Origin: an uncultured Clostridia bacterium
Lineage (GTDB): Bacteria > Bacillota > Clostridia > Christensenellales > UBA1242
Assembly: GCA_944383405.1 (NCBI GenBank)
Contig: CALWPL010000005.1
Coordinates: forward strand, 7,482 to 71,481
Length of the DNA stretch: 64,000 nucleotides
Direction of reading: 5' to 3'
Shown: positions 8,801-19,900 of the stretch, one piece after another
Position numbering within the stretch: position 1 is the stretch's first letter
Layout of the letters: each line of letters starts with the position of its first letter
Notes under the pieces: generated by a model
Seen by the model: the letters and a program-made list of their open reading frames with translations, nothing else
The model's database searches: none
Told to the model about the DNA's origin: nothing
Program-made: the position numbers and the translations under genes

Positions 8801-10066
8801 ATGTCAGTAATTAAAAAGCAACATATTTATTTACCTAGGATACAACTTGATTTATCTAAGTGGTCAGTGATTGCTGCGGGACAGTTTTCACATGATAAAG
8901 AGTATTGGGAGACTGTTGAGAATTATGTTAGTGATAGTCCAACGACTTTTAAACTTATTTTGCCAGAAATTTATTTTAGTAGAGATAATACAGAGAGAAT
9001 AAAGGCTATAAATGAAACAATGCTTTCATATTTTAAAAATAGGCTTTTAGTAGATATTGGGGCAAGTATGATTTTAGTTAATAGGTCTACACAAAATCAT
9101 GAAAAGCGATTAGGGATTATGTTAAATGTAGACCTTGAAGAATACAATTTTCATTCAGATGCACATTCTTTAATTAAGGCAACAGAAGGTACAATAGTTG
9201 AAAAAATACCACCAAGACTTGAAGTTAGAAAAGATGCGATTTTTGAATTACCACACATTATTCTTTTGTATGATGATAGAGAACAATTAATAGCAGAAAA
9301 ATTATTTCAAAATAGAGATAGGTTAAATAAACTCTACGATTTTAATTTAAATATGGGTGGCGGTCATTTAACTGGTTGGCAAATTAAAGATGTCGATGAA
9401 GTAATTGCCGAATTTGATAGACTTCTTGCTCCTGATTACATTAAAAGGACTTTTGACAGCGACATACCAATACTTTTTGTTGTCGGAGATGGCAATCATA
9501 GTTTGGAGACGGCAAAAGAGCATTGGGATAAGATAAAGAAAAATTTAAGTGATGAAGTTAAAATGTCTCATCCAGCGAGATTTGCACTTGTCGAAGCGAT
9601 AAATATTCATGATGAAGGGATAGAATTTAAACCTATTCATAGACTTGTAAAAAATGTTAAGTGGAAAAAGTTTGTTAAAGGACTGATAAAACTTGCAAAG
9701 ATAAATAGAAGAAAGGCGAGCAGTGAAGAATATATAACTCAGCAAATTATAGTTGGAGATAAAACCTTTGAATACGATTTGCCATCAAATACTCCACTTG
9801 CCATACAAATGGTACAAGATTACATTGACAATTTTTTATCAAAAGAAATAGAAATGACAGTCGACTACATTCATGGCTTTGAAACGCTAAAAGAAATTTG
9901 CGCAAGAGATAAAAAGTCCATTGGAATTACTCTTCCAACGCTTGACAAGAATCAACTTTTTGAATATGTTTTAAAACATGGAATACTTCCAAGAAAAACA
10001 TTTTCAATAGGGGAAGCAAGGGAAAAGAGATATTATCTTGAAGCACATAAGATTAAGTTAATTTAA
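8801..10066 (+). CDS. DUF1015 family protein
   Basis: WSVIAAGQF, IKATEGTIVEKIPPR, FVVGDGNHSL, LPRKTFSIGEA motifs. Confidence 0.85.
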   Translation: MSVIKKQHIYLPRIQLDLSKWSVIAAGQFSHDKEYWETVENYVSDSPTTFKLILPEIYFSRDNTERIKAINETMLSYFKNRLLVDIGASMILVNRSTQNHEKRLGIMLNVDLEEYNFHSDAHSLIKATEGTIVEKIPPRLEVRKDAIFELPHIILLYDDREQLIAEKLFQNRDRLNKLYDFNLNMGGGHLTGWQIKDVDEVIAEFDRLLAPDYIKRTFDSDIPILFVVGDGNHSLETAKEHWDKIKKNLSDEVKMSHPARFALVEAINIHDEGIEFKPIHRLVKNVKWKKFVKGLIKLAKINRRKASSEEYITQQIIVGDKTFEYDLPSNTPLAIQMVQDYIDNFLSKEIEMTVDYIHGFETLKEICARDKKSIGITLPTLDKNQLFEYVLKHGILPRKTFSIGEAREKRYYLEAHKIKLI

Positions 10067-10078
10067 GGAGTTTTTAAG

Positions 10079-12262
10079 ATGGATATAGTAAAAGCATTAA
10101 GTTTAGAATTTAATATAAGACAAGATTATGCAAATAATATAATTACACTTTTAGATGAAGGATGTACTGTTCCTTTTATTGCAAGATACAGAAAGGAAAT
10201 GCATGGCAGTTGTGATGACCAAGTAATTAGAGATTTTGCTGACAGGCTTGAATATTTGAGAAACTTTGAAAAGAGAAAAGAAGAAATTGTCAAACTCATT
10301 ACTGAACAAGAAAAAATGACGCCAGAAATAATGGATAAATTAGATAAGGCGTTAACGCTTACAGAACTTGAAGATATTTATAGACCTTTTAGACCAAAGA
10401 GACAAACAAGGGCTACTATTGCAGAAGCAAAGGGCTTGAAGCCACTTGCAGAAATTATCTATGCTCAAAAAGATAAGCGTGAACTTGAAGAAATTGCAAA
10501 AGAATTTATAAATGAAGAAAAAGAAGTAACAAGTACTGAAATTGCACTTTCAGGGGCGTCTGATATAATTGCAGAAATGATATCTGACAATGCAGAAATA
10601 AGGAAGATTTTAAGGGAGTTTATTTTTAATTCTGCTCAAATTGTAACAACGCTAAAACCTGGCGAAAAGTATTTAGTTTATCAAACATATGAAAATTATA
10701 AGGAGCCAGTAAATAAAATTCCAAGTCATAGAATTCTTGCAATTAATAGGGGCGAGAGAGAAGAGTGCTTAAAGGTGGATGTTGAAACAAATAATGACAG
10801 GTGTATTGAAATAATTTGTGATGAAGTTTTAATAAAAAATGGAAGGTTTGAAGAATTTTTAACAAATACAATAAAGGATAGTTTTGAAAGGCTGATTTTA
10901 CCTTCTCTTATAAGAGAACTAAGAACGACTCTTACAGATACTGCAAATGAACAAGCAATTAAAATGTTTGAATTAAACCTTAAACCTTTACTTATGCAGC
11001 CACCTTTAAAAGACAAAATAATTCTTGGCCTTGACCCAGCGTATAGGACAGGATGTAAGGTGGCGGTTATTGATGAAAATGGTAATGTAATTGATAAAAC
11101 GGTTATTTATCCTACTCCACCACATAATCAGATTGAAAAATCCGAAGAAATATTAACAGATTTAATTTTAAAGGACAAGGTTGACGCTATTGCAATTGGT
11201 AATGGAACTGCTAGTAAAGAAAGTGAAATTTTTGTAAGTAACTTAATTAAAAAACTTTCTAGGAAAGTGCAATATATGGTTGTAAATGAAGCGGGGGCAA
11301 GTGTTTATAGCGCTTCAAAACTTGGGGCAGAAGAATTTCCTGATTATGATGTATCTTTAAGGAGTGCAGTAAGTATTGCAAGACGGCTTCAAGACCCACT
11401 TGCTGAACTCATTAAAATTGATGTAAAATCAATTGGAGTTGGTCAATATCAACATGATATGCCACAAAAAAGATTGACAACCGTACTTGATGGAGTTGTT
11501 GAAGATTGTGTTAACTCTGTTGGTGTAGATTTGAATACGGCGTCATATAAATTACTTGAACATGTTTCAGGGCTCAATTCAAGTATTGCAAAAAACATAG
11601 TTGATTATAGAAAGGAACATGGAAAGTTTACTAATAGAGATGAACTTTTAAAAGTAAAAAAATTAGGAGAAAAGGCTTACATTCAATGTGCTGGTTTCCT
11701 AAGAATTCCAAATGAGAAAAATATTCTTGATAATACAGGCGTTCATCCTGAGAGTTATCAAGCGACTGAAAAGTTGTTAAAAATGTTTAATATGACAGAT
11801 GTAGATGTAAAAGAGGGGAATGTGCAAAATCTTCCACGACTAATTGGTGCAAAAGGGGAAGAAGATGTTGCAAAACAATGCGGAATAGGTGTTCCAACTC
11901 TTGATGATATTGTAAAGGAACTACTAAAACCTGGCAGAGATATAAGAGACGAACTTCCAAAACCAGAACTTCGAAGTGATGTTTTAAGCATTGAAGACTT
12001 AAAAGTCGGAATGGTTTTGCGTGGGACAGTTAGGAATGTCATAGACTTTGGAGCATTTGTTGATATAGGCGTTCACCAAGATGGACTTGTTCATATATCT
12101 GAAATATGTGATAGATATATTAAACACCCAAGCGAAGAGTTATCGGTCGGCGATATTGTTAAGGTTAAAGTTATTAATATTGATTTAGAGAAACAGAGAA
12201 TAGGTTTATCTATTAGGAGAGTTGGGGAAGATGAAGATGTAACTCAACTTTCGGCAGAATAA
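10079..12262 (+). CDS. tex: Tex family RNA-binding transcriptional accessory protein
   Basis: TVPFIARYRKE, LGLDPAYRTGCK, SIARRLQDPLAEL, IGVGQYQHD, C-terminal S1 domain. Confidence 0.95.
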   Translation: MDIVKALSLEFNIRQDYANNIITLLDEGCTVPFIARYRKEMHGSCDDQVIRDFADRLEYLRNFEKRKEEIVKLITEQEKMTPEIMDKLDKALTLTELEDIYRPFRPKRQTRATIAEAKGLKPLAEIIYAQKDKRELEEIAKEFINEEKEVTSTEIALSGASDIIAEMISDNAEIRKILREFIFNSAQIVTTLKPGEKYLVYQTYENYKEPVNKIPSHRILAINRGEREECLKVDVETNNDRCIEIICDEVLIKNGRFEEFLTNTIKDSFERLILPSLIRELRTTLTDTANEQAIKMFELNLKPLLMQPPLKDKIILGLDPAYRTGCKVAVIDENGNVIDKTVIYPTPPHNQIEKSEEILTDLILKDKVDAIAIGNGTASKESEIFVSNLIKKLSRKVQYMVVNEAGASVYSASKLGAEEFPDYDVSLRSAVSIARRLQDPLAELIKIDVKSIGVGQYQHDMPQKRLTTVLDGVVEDCVNSVGVDLNTASYKLLEHVSGLNSSIAKNIVDYRKEHGKFTNRDELLKVKKLGEKAYIQCAGFLRIPNEKNILDNTGVHPESYQATEKLLKMFNMTDVDVKEGNVQNLPRLIGAKGEEDVAKQCGIGVPTLDDIVKELLKPGRDIRDELPKPELRSDVLSIEDLKVGMVLRGTVRNVIDFGAFVDIGVHQDGLVHISEICDRYIKHPSEELSVGDIVKVKVINIDLEKQRIGLSIRRVGEDEDVTQLSAE

Positions 12263-12287
12263 GATTATATTGTATTTAGTTTTTCAT

Positions 12288-12324
12288 AAAAAAATATCTC
12301 TTAGAAAAAAGAGATATTTTTTTT
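12288..12324. terminator. Intrinsic terminator, bidirectional
   Basis: AAAAAAATATCTCTT-AGAAAA-AAGAGATATTTTTTTT between tex and the convergent ABC gene. Confidence 0.85.
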
Positions 12325-12435
12325 GTGTAAATATAATTTGCGGATTATAAGTTTTATAATAAAAATCAATTTGTAATTTTGTAGAAAAAGATTAAAGTTT
12401 AAATTAATAAAACTAGATTATAAGTAATTAACATT

Positions 12436-14343
12436 TTATTCTAACTCAAATTTTCCTGTATATAATTGATAGTATTTTCCTTTTTGAGCAATCAAATCTT
12501 CATGTGTACCTTTTTCAATTATTCTTCCATTTTCAAGGGCCATTATAACATTTGAATTTTGAACGGTTGACAATCTGTGTGCAATGACAAACACTGTTCT
12601 TCCTTTCATTAGGGCGTCCATTCCATCTTGAATTAGTTTTTCAGTGTGGGTATCAATACTTGATGTTGCTTCATCAAGAATCATAACTGGAGCATTCGCT
12701 ACTGCTGCCCGTGCGATAGAAAGTAGTTGTCTTTGTCCTTGCGAAAGATTTGCACCATCACTTTCTAGCATTGTGTCATAACCTTGTGGCAATCTTTGAA
12801 TAAAGTCGTCAGCATTGGCAAGTTTTGCTGCTTCAAAAACTTGTTCATCAGTAGCGTCAAGGTTGCCATATCGTATATTTTCTTTGACTGTTCCTGTAAA
12901 AAGATTTGTGTCTTGAAGAACCATTCCTATTGAGCGTCTTAAATCGTCTTTTCTTATTCTATTGATATTTATTCCGTCGTATCTTATTTTGCCATTTGCT
13001 ATATCATAAAATCTATTTATGAGATTAGTGATGGTAGTTTTCCCAGCCCCAGTTGCTCCAACAAATGCTATTTTTTGTCCTGGTTTTGCATATAATGAAA
13101 TATTATGTAAAACAACTTTATCACTAGAATAACCAAAGTCAACATCAAAAAATCTAACATCACCACGAAGAAGTATAAGTTGTTCATCTTTTTTATTTCT
13201 TGGGTCTTTCCATGCCCACATATTTGTTTTTTCAGTAGTTTCAATTAATTTTCCGTCTTTATCTTTTATAACATTTACAAGAGTTACAATTCCCCTATCA
13301 ACTTCTGGGTTTTCATCCATAAGGTTAAATATTCTCTCAGCTCCGGCAAGTGCAACAATAATTGAGTTTACCTGTTGAGAAACTTGACTTATGGGTTGAG
13401 TAAATGCTCTACCGAGTTGAAGAAATGATGCTATGATCCCAACGCTAATAGCGCTTAATCCAAGTATTGTTAAATTTGGTGTATTTGTTACAAGAAGTAT
13501 TCCGCCAACGATTGCTAAAAATACATATTGAAGATTTGTTATGTTTGACATAACTGGCATAAAAATATTTGCATATTTATTTGCTTTATTTGCGTTATAG
13601 CAAAGTTCATCATTTAAAACATTAAAATTGTCAATTGTTTCTTTCTCATGATTAAATACTTTAATTACTTTTTGTCCATTTATCATTTCTTGAATAAAGC
13701 CAGTTGTCGTTCCTATTGCTTGTTGTTGAGCAATGAAATACATACTACTTTTTTTACCGAGTTTTTTAGTGATGATAAGTATAAGTAATAAGAAAAATAG
13801 GACAACAAGAGTGAGATATATGCTTAAATAAAACATAAAACAGAATACAGCAATTATAGTTATAATAGAAGATATAATTTGTGGGATACTTTGGCTAATC
13901 ATGGATTCAAGAGAGTCCGTATCATTTGTGTAGTGGCTCATTATATCTCCATGTGTGTGAGTGTCAAAGTATCTTATGGGTAATCGTTGCATTTTTGAAA
14001 ACATTTGATTTCGAATTTCTCTTAAAATATCTTCTGAAATTATAACCATTAAGAAATTATAGGTATAGGTTGAAATTATTCCAACGCCAAATATAATTGC
14101 CATAATTCCAATTGTAGAGAGTAGTCCTGAAAAGTTTTCAACACCTGTTGATAACATTGGGGTAATGTAGTCGTCAATTACAACTTTTATAAATAAGGAA
14201 GATACAACAGTTGTTAGGGAAGATATGAGAATACAAAATAAAACTATAACAAATTTAAATTTATGTTTTTTTGTTATATAAGAAAGGAGCCTTTTAAGTG
14301 TTGACATAGAAGTTCTTTTTTTATTTGTAATTTTTGTTTTCAT
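12436..14343 (-). CDS. Heterodimeric ABC exporter subunit (TMD+NBD, consensus site)
   Basis: N-terminal TMD, GATGAGKTT, LSQGQRQ, ILDEATS, IAHRLST. Confidence 0.93.
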   Translation of the reverse strand: MKTKITNKKRTSMSTLKRLLSYITKKHKFKFVIVLFCILISSLTTVVSSLFIKVVIDDYITPMLSTGVENFSGLLSTIGIMAIIFGVGIISTYTYNFLMVIISEDILREIRNQMFSKMQRLPIRYFDTHTHGDIMSHYTNDTDSLESMISQSIPQIISSIITIIAVFCFMFYLSIYLTLVVLFFLLLILIITKKLGKKSSMYFIAQQQAIGTTTGFIQEMINGQKVIKVFNHEKETIDNFNVLNDELCYNANKANKYANIFMPVMSNITNLQYVFLAIVGGILLVTNTPNLTILGLSAISVGIIASFLQLGRAFTQPISQVSQQVNSIIVALAGAERIFNLMDENPEVDRGIVTLVNVIKDKDGKLIETTEKTNMWAWKDPRNKKDEQLILLRGDVRFFDVDFGYSSDKVVLHNISLYAKPGQKIAFVGATGAGKTTITNLINRFYDIANGKIRYDGININRIRKDDLRRSIGMVLQDTNLFTGTVKENIRYGNLDATDEQVFEAAKLANADDFIQRLPQGYDTMLESDGANLSQGQRQLLSIARAAVANAPVMILDEATSSIDTHTEKLIQDGMDALMKGRTVFVIAHRLSTVQNSNVIMALENGRIIEKGTHEDLIAQKGKYYQLYTGKFELE

Positions 14344-16082
14344 TATTTGCTCCTCCTTTTGTTAGTTTGGCTTTCATATAGGTCTTTATATAATTCGCTT
14401 GATTTTAAAAGTTCACTATGAGTGCCCATATCTACTATTTTTCCTGATTCCATAATGAGTATTAAGTCCGCGTCTTGAATACTAGATACTCTTTGAGAAA
14501 TAATTATTTTAGTTGTTTTTGGGAGTTCTTCTCTAAAAGATTTTCTAATTAAAGTGTCTGTTTTTGTATCAACCGCACTTGTTGAATCGTCAAGAATTAA
14601 AATTTTTGGCTTTTTAAGTAGTGCTCTTGCAATACAAAGTCTTTGTTTTTGACCGCCGCTTACATTTGTACCCCCTTCTTCTATGTAGGTGTCATATTTG
14701 TCAGGCATCTTTTCAATAAATTCATCTGCGCATGCAACTTTACAAGCATGTTTTATCTCGTCCATTGTTGCATTTTTATTTCCCCATTTTAAATTCTCAG
14801 TAATTGTACCAGAAAAAAGAACATTTTTTTGAAGAACTACTGCAACACTATCTCTAAGGACTTCAAGGTCATACTCTTTGACATCTTTTCCGCCAACAAG
14901 TATTTTTCCACTTGTAGCGTCATAGAGCCTTGGAATAAGTGAAATAAGAGTTGTTTTTGAACTTCCTGTATTGCCAAGAATCCCTATAACTTGCCCAGAT
15001 TTGATATGTAAATTAATATCTTTTAAGCATAATTTTGAAATGTCTCCTGTATAACTAAATGACACATTTTCAAAGTCAACATCCCCATTTTTAACTTTCG
15101 TAATTGCGTTTTCAGGATTAGTAATTGAAGGTTTTTCTTCAAGTATTTCAATAATTCTTTCGGCTGATGGTCTAGCAATAGTTGTGCTTACTAAAATAAA
15201 AGATAGCATCATAAGAGACATTAATATTTGCATAATATATGAAAATAGGGTTGTTAATTCACCTGTTTCTAGTTGGCTACCTCCACTACTAACTATTATT
15301 TCAGCGCCAAACCAAGCAATAAAAATCATACAAGCATACATAACAAATTGCATAAGTGGGGAAGTGAGAGCGAGCATTTTTCTTGCCTTTGAATAATCTA
15401 CATAAATTTGATTACTGACCTTTTCAAATTTTTGAATTTCATAATCTTCTCTAACATAAGATTTGACAACTCGAGCGGCTCTTACATTTTCTTGAACTAC
15501 TTTATTTAAGTCGTCATATTCTTTTATTACTTTTTTAAATCTTGGATGAACATTTTTTAAAATAAAATATAAACCAATGGCAAGTATAGGGGCTGCAACT
15601 AAAAGAACTAAGGCAAGGGTAACATTGATTGTAAAAGTAAGCGACATTGCAAGTATTAGCATAATAGGTGCACGAATTGCTGTTCTAATAATCATTTGAT
15701 AAGCATTTTGAATAAAATTTACATCAGTTGTAAGTCTTGTTACAAGTCCAGCAGGCGAAAACTTATCTATATTAGAGAAAGAATAAGTCTGTATTTTGTC
15801 AAACATATCCTTTCTTAAATTTTTTGCAAATCCTGAACTTGCTTTTGCACAAAATGCCCCAGATAAAAAACCAAAAATTAGAGATAGAGAAGCCATTAAT
15901 GTAAGAATTAACCCAAGTTTTAAAATTGTTCCCATGCTTTCCCCATAAATACCTTTATCGATAAGGTCTGCCATAATGTATGGGATTAAGACTTCAAGCA
16001 CTACTTCAAGAAAAACAAAAAATGAAGTAAGTATGGAAGGAGTTTTGTATTCTCGTATTGATTTTGCTAATTTTTTTATCAT
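14343..16082 (-). CDS. Heterodimeric ABC exporter subunit (TMD+NBD, degenerate site)
   Basis: GNTGSSKTT, VSGGQKQR, ILDDSTS, ISQR (degenerate Walker B and H-loop as in TM287/EfrA type); TAATG coupling to partner. Confidence 0.93.
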   Translation of the reverse strand: MIKKLAKSIREYKTPSILTSFFVFLEVVLEVLIPYIMADLIDKGIYGESMGTILKLGLILTLMASLSLIFGFLSGAFCAKASSGFAKNLRKDMFDKIQTYSFSNIDKFSPAGLVTRLTTDVNFIQNAYQMIIRTAIRAPIMLILAMSLTFTINVTLALVLLVAAPILAIGLYFILKNVHPRFKKVIKEYDDLNKVVQENVRAARVVKSYVREDYEIQKFEKVSNQIYVDYSKARKMLALTSPLMQFVMYACMIFIAWFGAEIIVSSGGSQLETGELTTLFSYIMQILMSLMMLSFILVSTTIARPSAERIIEILEEKPSITNPENAITKVKNGDVDFENVSFSYTGDISKLCLKDINLHIKSGQVIGILGNTGSSKTTLISLIPRLYDATSGKILVGGKDVKEYDLEVLRDSVAVVLQKNVLFSGTITENLKWGNKNATMDEIKHACKVACADEFIEKMPDKYDTYIEEGGTNVSGGQKQRLCIARALLKKPKILILDDSTSAVDTKTDTLIRKSFREELPKTTKIIISQRVSSIQDADLILIMESGKIVDMGTHSELLKSSELYKDLYESQTNKRRSK

Positions 16083-16469
16083 TTCAATGTCCTTTTAATT
16101 TATATAACTTTTATTTTAATAAGTTATTTATAAAACTTTTTATAAAACATAAAATAAAAAGCCTTTATGAAATAAATGCAGTTAGGTATGTATTTATTAT
16201 GCAATAATTATTTTTTATTGATAAAATTACATAATTAAATTTTAATTATTATAGACTTTTTTCTTTGTTTTATAGAATCTAAAACTATAAGTAATTATAT
16301 GTAACAATTTTAAAATTTTGTCAAGCCGTTTTTGAATAAAAATTTACAAAATTTTATTAATGTTTTTTTATTTTTAAAGTTTAATTTTTATTTTTTTTTA
16401 TCAATTTATATTATTTTTATGTTTTTTTGTATAGGTTTAATATCTATTACATGATTATTAAGATTTTTT

Positions 16470-16670
16470 AACATTATTAATCTTTGAATAAAATAAATAC
16501 TGTTAAAAAAGAACGCTTAGTCGGAGTTTTATATATTTAGATAATACGCTATTTCCCTTTAAATATCTACATCTCAGGTTTTTTGTTAAGCAATTAAATT
16601 CCGACTGATTGGTCTATTTTATACTATAAAATTATTTTTTTAACAGTTTTTAATTGGGGATTTAATGTTA
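16470..16670 (+). ncRNA. Putative rod-shaped structured RNA (6S-like candidate)
   Basis: Nested inverted repeats TAACATTA/TAATGTTA, ACTGTTAAAAAA/TTTTTTAACAGT, TTAGTCGGAGTTT/AAATTCCGACTGA, ATATTTAGA/TTTAAATAT; mismatches are G-U compatible on the + strand. Confidence 0.4.
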
Positions 16671-16804
16671 GTAAAATACATAATCAAAAATAAAGTTATC
16701 AACAAAACTATGTAAATTGTTAACAACTTCTATTTGGTCAAATTTTAGTCAAAAAAATTATTTATTTTTATATATAAAAAACTTTAAAAAAGGGGTTATT
16801 TTGT

Positions 16805-16833
16805 TTGGAAATAAATATAAAATATGATATTAT
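16805..16833 (+). promoter_or_regulatory. Putative promoter of the giant gene
   Basis: TTGGAA-17 bp-TATTAT with extended -10 TG; AAGGAGG SD at 16948-16954. Confidence 0.45.
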
Positions 16834-16962
16834 TTTTATGTAAAATTTTGTACTGCCTTTGTAAAGAAAATCTTTTAATTTTTTTTAAAATTTTTTAGCA
16901 AAATTTCCTAGAATAAAAATATTTTTTTTGCAAAGAGCAATAATACTAAGGAGGAAACTCGT

Positions 16963-19900
16963 ATGGATAACAATAAGGAGAATAATAAGCCAGAGTCTAA
17001 TTTTAAAGAGACATCTAGTCTTAATACTACTTCGCAAAATACTTCGTCAACACCTGGCGGAGATTCTTTTGCCGATAAAAGTAGTCAAGACAACTTTACG
17101 CAAAAACCATCTGGTAGTTTTCGTGGAGTTCCTCCTATAAAAGGTGCTCCACCAATAAAAACGGATGCAACAAAAGGCTTCCAAGGAGTTCCTCCAATTA
17201 AAACCAACAATGTAAATCCAAGTAGTGTTGGCGGAAATTTGCAAAATATTTCAGAACAAAATATTGAAAAAGAAAAACAAGCGGATGAAAAACTTGCTCA
17301 TTATGAACTAGCAAAAGAAAAAAAGCCACAATCTAAAAAAAGAAAAAACATTGCATTACTTATAGTCATTTTAGTATTTCTTGCTTGCGGTGGAATAGTG
17401 CTTGGAATTTTTCTTGCGCCAGATAGAGAATATACTGTTACTTTTGTTGATTGGCCAGTTGAGATACCAGAGAAAACTGTAACAGAAGGGGCTATATTTA
17501 CAGCACCAGTTCCACAAGATATATACAGTAATGACGGGGTTTTATTATTGCATTTTGAAGGCTGGACTTATAAAGATGGGAGAGATTATGTTCCTTCTGC
17601 TTTAAGAAGTAATATTACATTATACGCTAAGTATACGGCAACTGAGATTACAACAACTTTTGTTATCCCAAATGTTTATAGCCCTAATCTATCTCAATAC
17701 ATATATCTGACAGATGTAACAACAGAGTATTATTCTGAAACAATAGACATTTCAAGTTTATTGGGTGAACTTGAGAATTTTACTTCAGATAAATATGACA
17801 ATATTTCAAATGCGCTTGGGTTTAACATATCTACATCAGAAATAGTTGGGCAAATAAATGATGTAACAACTGCGTCTTTTTCACAATTTATAAAAAATTA
17901 CTATAATTATGCAACATTTACTATTCTAGGAGATGACCAAGTTTATTCAACGCAGGATGAGATTCCTACTCCAAGTGGAGATAGTATTGTTGTTATTGGA
18001 GTAGAGCCAAAACAGGTTGAAATACTTTTTAATTCTAATTTATTAAGCATAAAAGACGAATATGATTTTGCAAGTGGCGAATTTAATGAAGGAGATTTTG
18101 TTAACCAAGAAATATCTCATAAAATAAATTATGGGGCAGATTATACTTTTCAGAATTATATTGAAGTGGGTAGTTGGTATGTTCCTAAGAATCATGAGTT
18201 TTTAGGCTGGTCATTAGTGCCACCAACACTTGATGAAGAAGGCACAATTAATCCTGCTTTTGGGACAACAAATACATATATATCTTATGGAGAAATAAGA
18301 AATATTAATAGAACTTTTTTAAGTAATAATACAAAAATTACTCTTTATGCCGTTTGGGACCAATACATGACAGACCTTAGAATATATACGGATTACAGTT
18401 CAACAGGGGGGCTAGTTGAAACTGAGGTGTCTGTAGGTGTTTCAAGACCAGTCGGAGAATGGGCTCAAAACTACATGGAACTTATAGAAAAAGATGGATA
18501 CGCTTTAATTGGATTTAATACAGAGCCTGATTTAAGTGGGCTTACGCTAAGTTTAGATACTCCACTTGAAGGAGGAGTAGATTCTCCATATTACAATGCA
18601 GAACAAGGCTGCATTGTGCTTTATGCTGTTTATAGAAAAGAAGTTAATGAAACTTATATCGATATTAATGATGACGATTTAGATGTCGCAGAAATAGATT
18701 CTTCTTTACTTGAAGAGTTACTCAGTATTGACCTTAATATTGACGAAGGATATGTTTACGATAATATTGACAATATTGAAATTCTTTTTGATGAGGCACT
18801 TAGAAGGATTACGATTACTAATCTTTTGGCGGGTGCAAGTATTTTCTTGCCAAGTTTTGATAGAAATCATTATACATTAATAAATTATACTCTTGGTTAT
18901 GGGAGTCATAATTCAGGAAGTGAATACATAATTAACGAAACAGATATATCTTTTGATGCAAATATAGAATTAGATGCTGTTTGGGAAGGGGAAGATGTAA
19001 ATTTTGTTATTCATGGGTATATGGAAGGAGAGAATGAAGTTATAGAGTCTATAACTGTGCCTTATGGTTCATCAGTTGGACTTTCTTATAACAATGAGTT
19101 CGTGAATAATGAAACTCTATTACATGGCGAATTTTATAATAGAGCAACTTCTCAAATGATAGCAAGTATAAACTTTAATAGAGTAGGATACTTGTTCTTA
19201 TCATGGGTTGATAGTGAAGGGGTGGAAATTGATGATTCGACTTTGCAAGTTTTTACTATAAATAGCCTATTTAATGAAATTTATGCAAATTGGACTGAGT
19301 GTTTATATGATATTACATATGTTTTAAATGGTGGTTCTTATGAGAATAGAGATGATGGGGCTTCGTCAATGGATTCGTATGTTGAAGAAGATGTCCCTTA
19401 TGGAAGTGAAATTTCTTTAATTTCAAGTGATATTGAAAGAGTGGGTTATTATCTTGAAGGATGGGCAACAGATGGAAATGTCGATGCACAGGTAATTTAC
19501 GATTATGAGACTGAAAAAATTGTAGTTGAAAACGAACTTACTCTTTATGCTGTTTGGACAAAGGCGTATAGCATAACTTTGTATCTTGACGGAGAAAGAA
19601 ATGATGAAAGGGTGGTTTATGTTGATAGGGATAATACTTTTGTTTTAACTGGTAAAGAATTTGGCGATGAGTACAACTTTTCAAGATATAACGCATCTGA
19701 AAGTGGAGATGCTTATGAAATTGTAACAGGGGATAGCCGTCAAGAATATGTTTTCTCAGTTGATGTTCAACTTTATGCAATGTGGTTTGAAGTTTGCTTT
19801 GAAGAAGGCGATACAGATGGTATTTATCAGGTAGGAGGAAGTGCTCCAAGTAGTTTTTATGTTACAAATAAAACAAACTTTGCTTTGCCAAAAAATACAT

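Noticed and set aside
12436-16082. ABC exporter as a dedicated secretion system for the giant protein
   Set aside because: Ordinary heterodimeric multidrug-type pair with no C39 peptidase domain or membrane fusion protein; adjacency alone is not evidence
16517-16608. Invertible promoter (phase-variation) repeats for the giant gene
   Set aside because: Repeats are imperfect with G-U-type mismatches, are nested in a longer fold-back, and no recombinase is nearby; an RNA structure fits better
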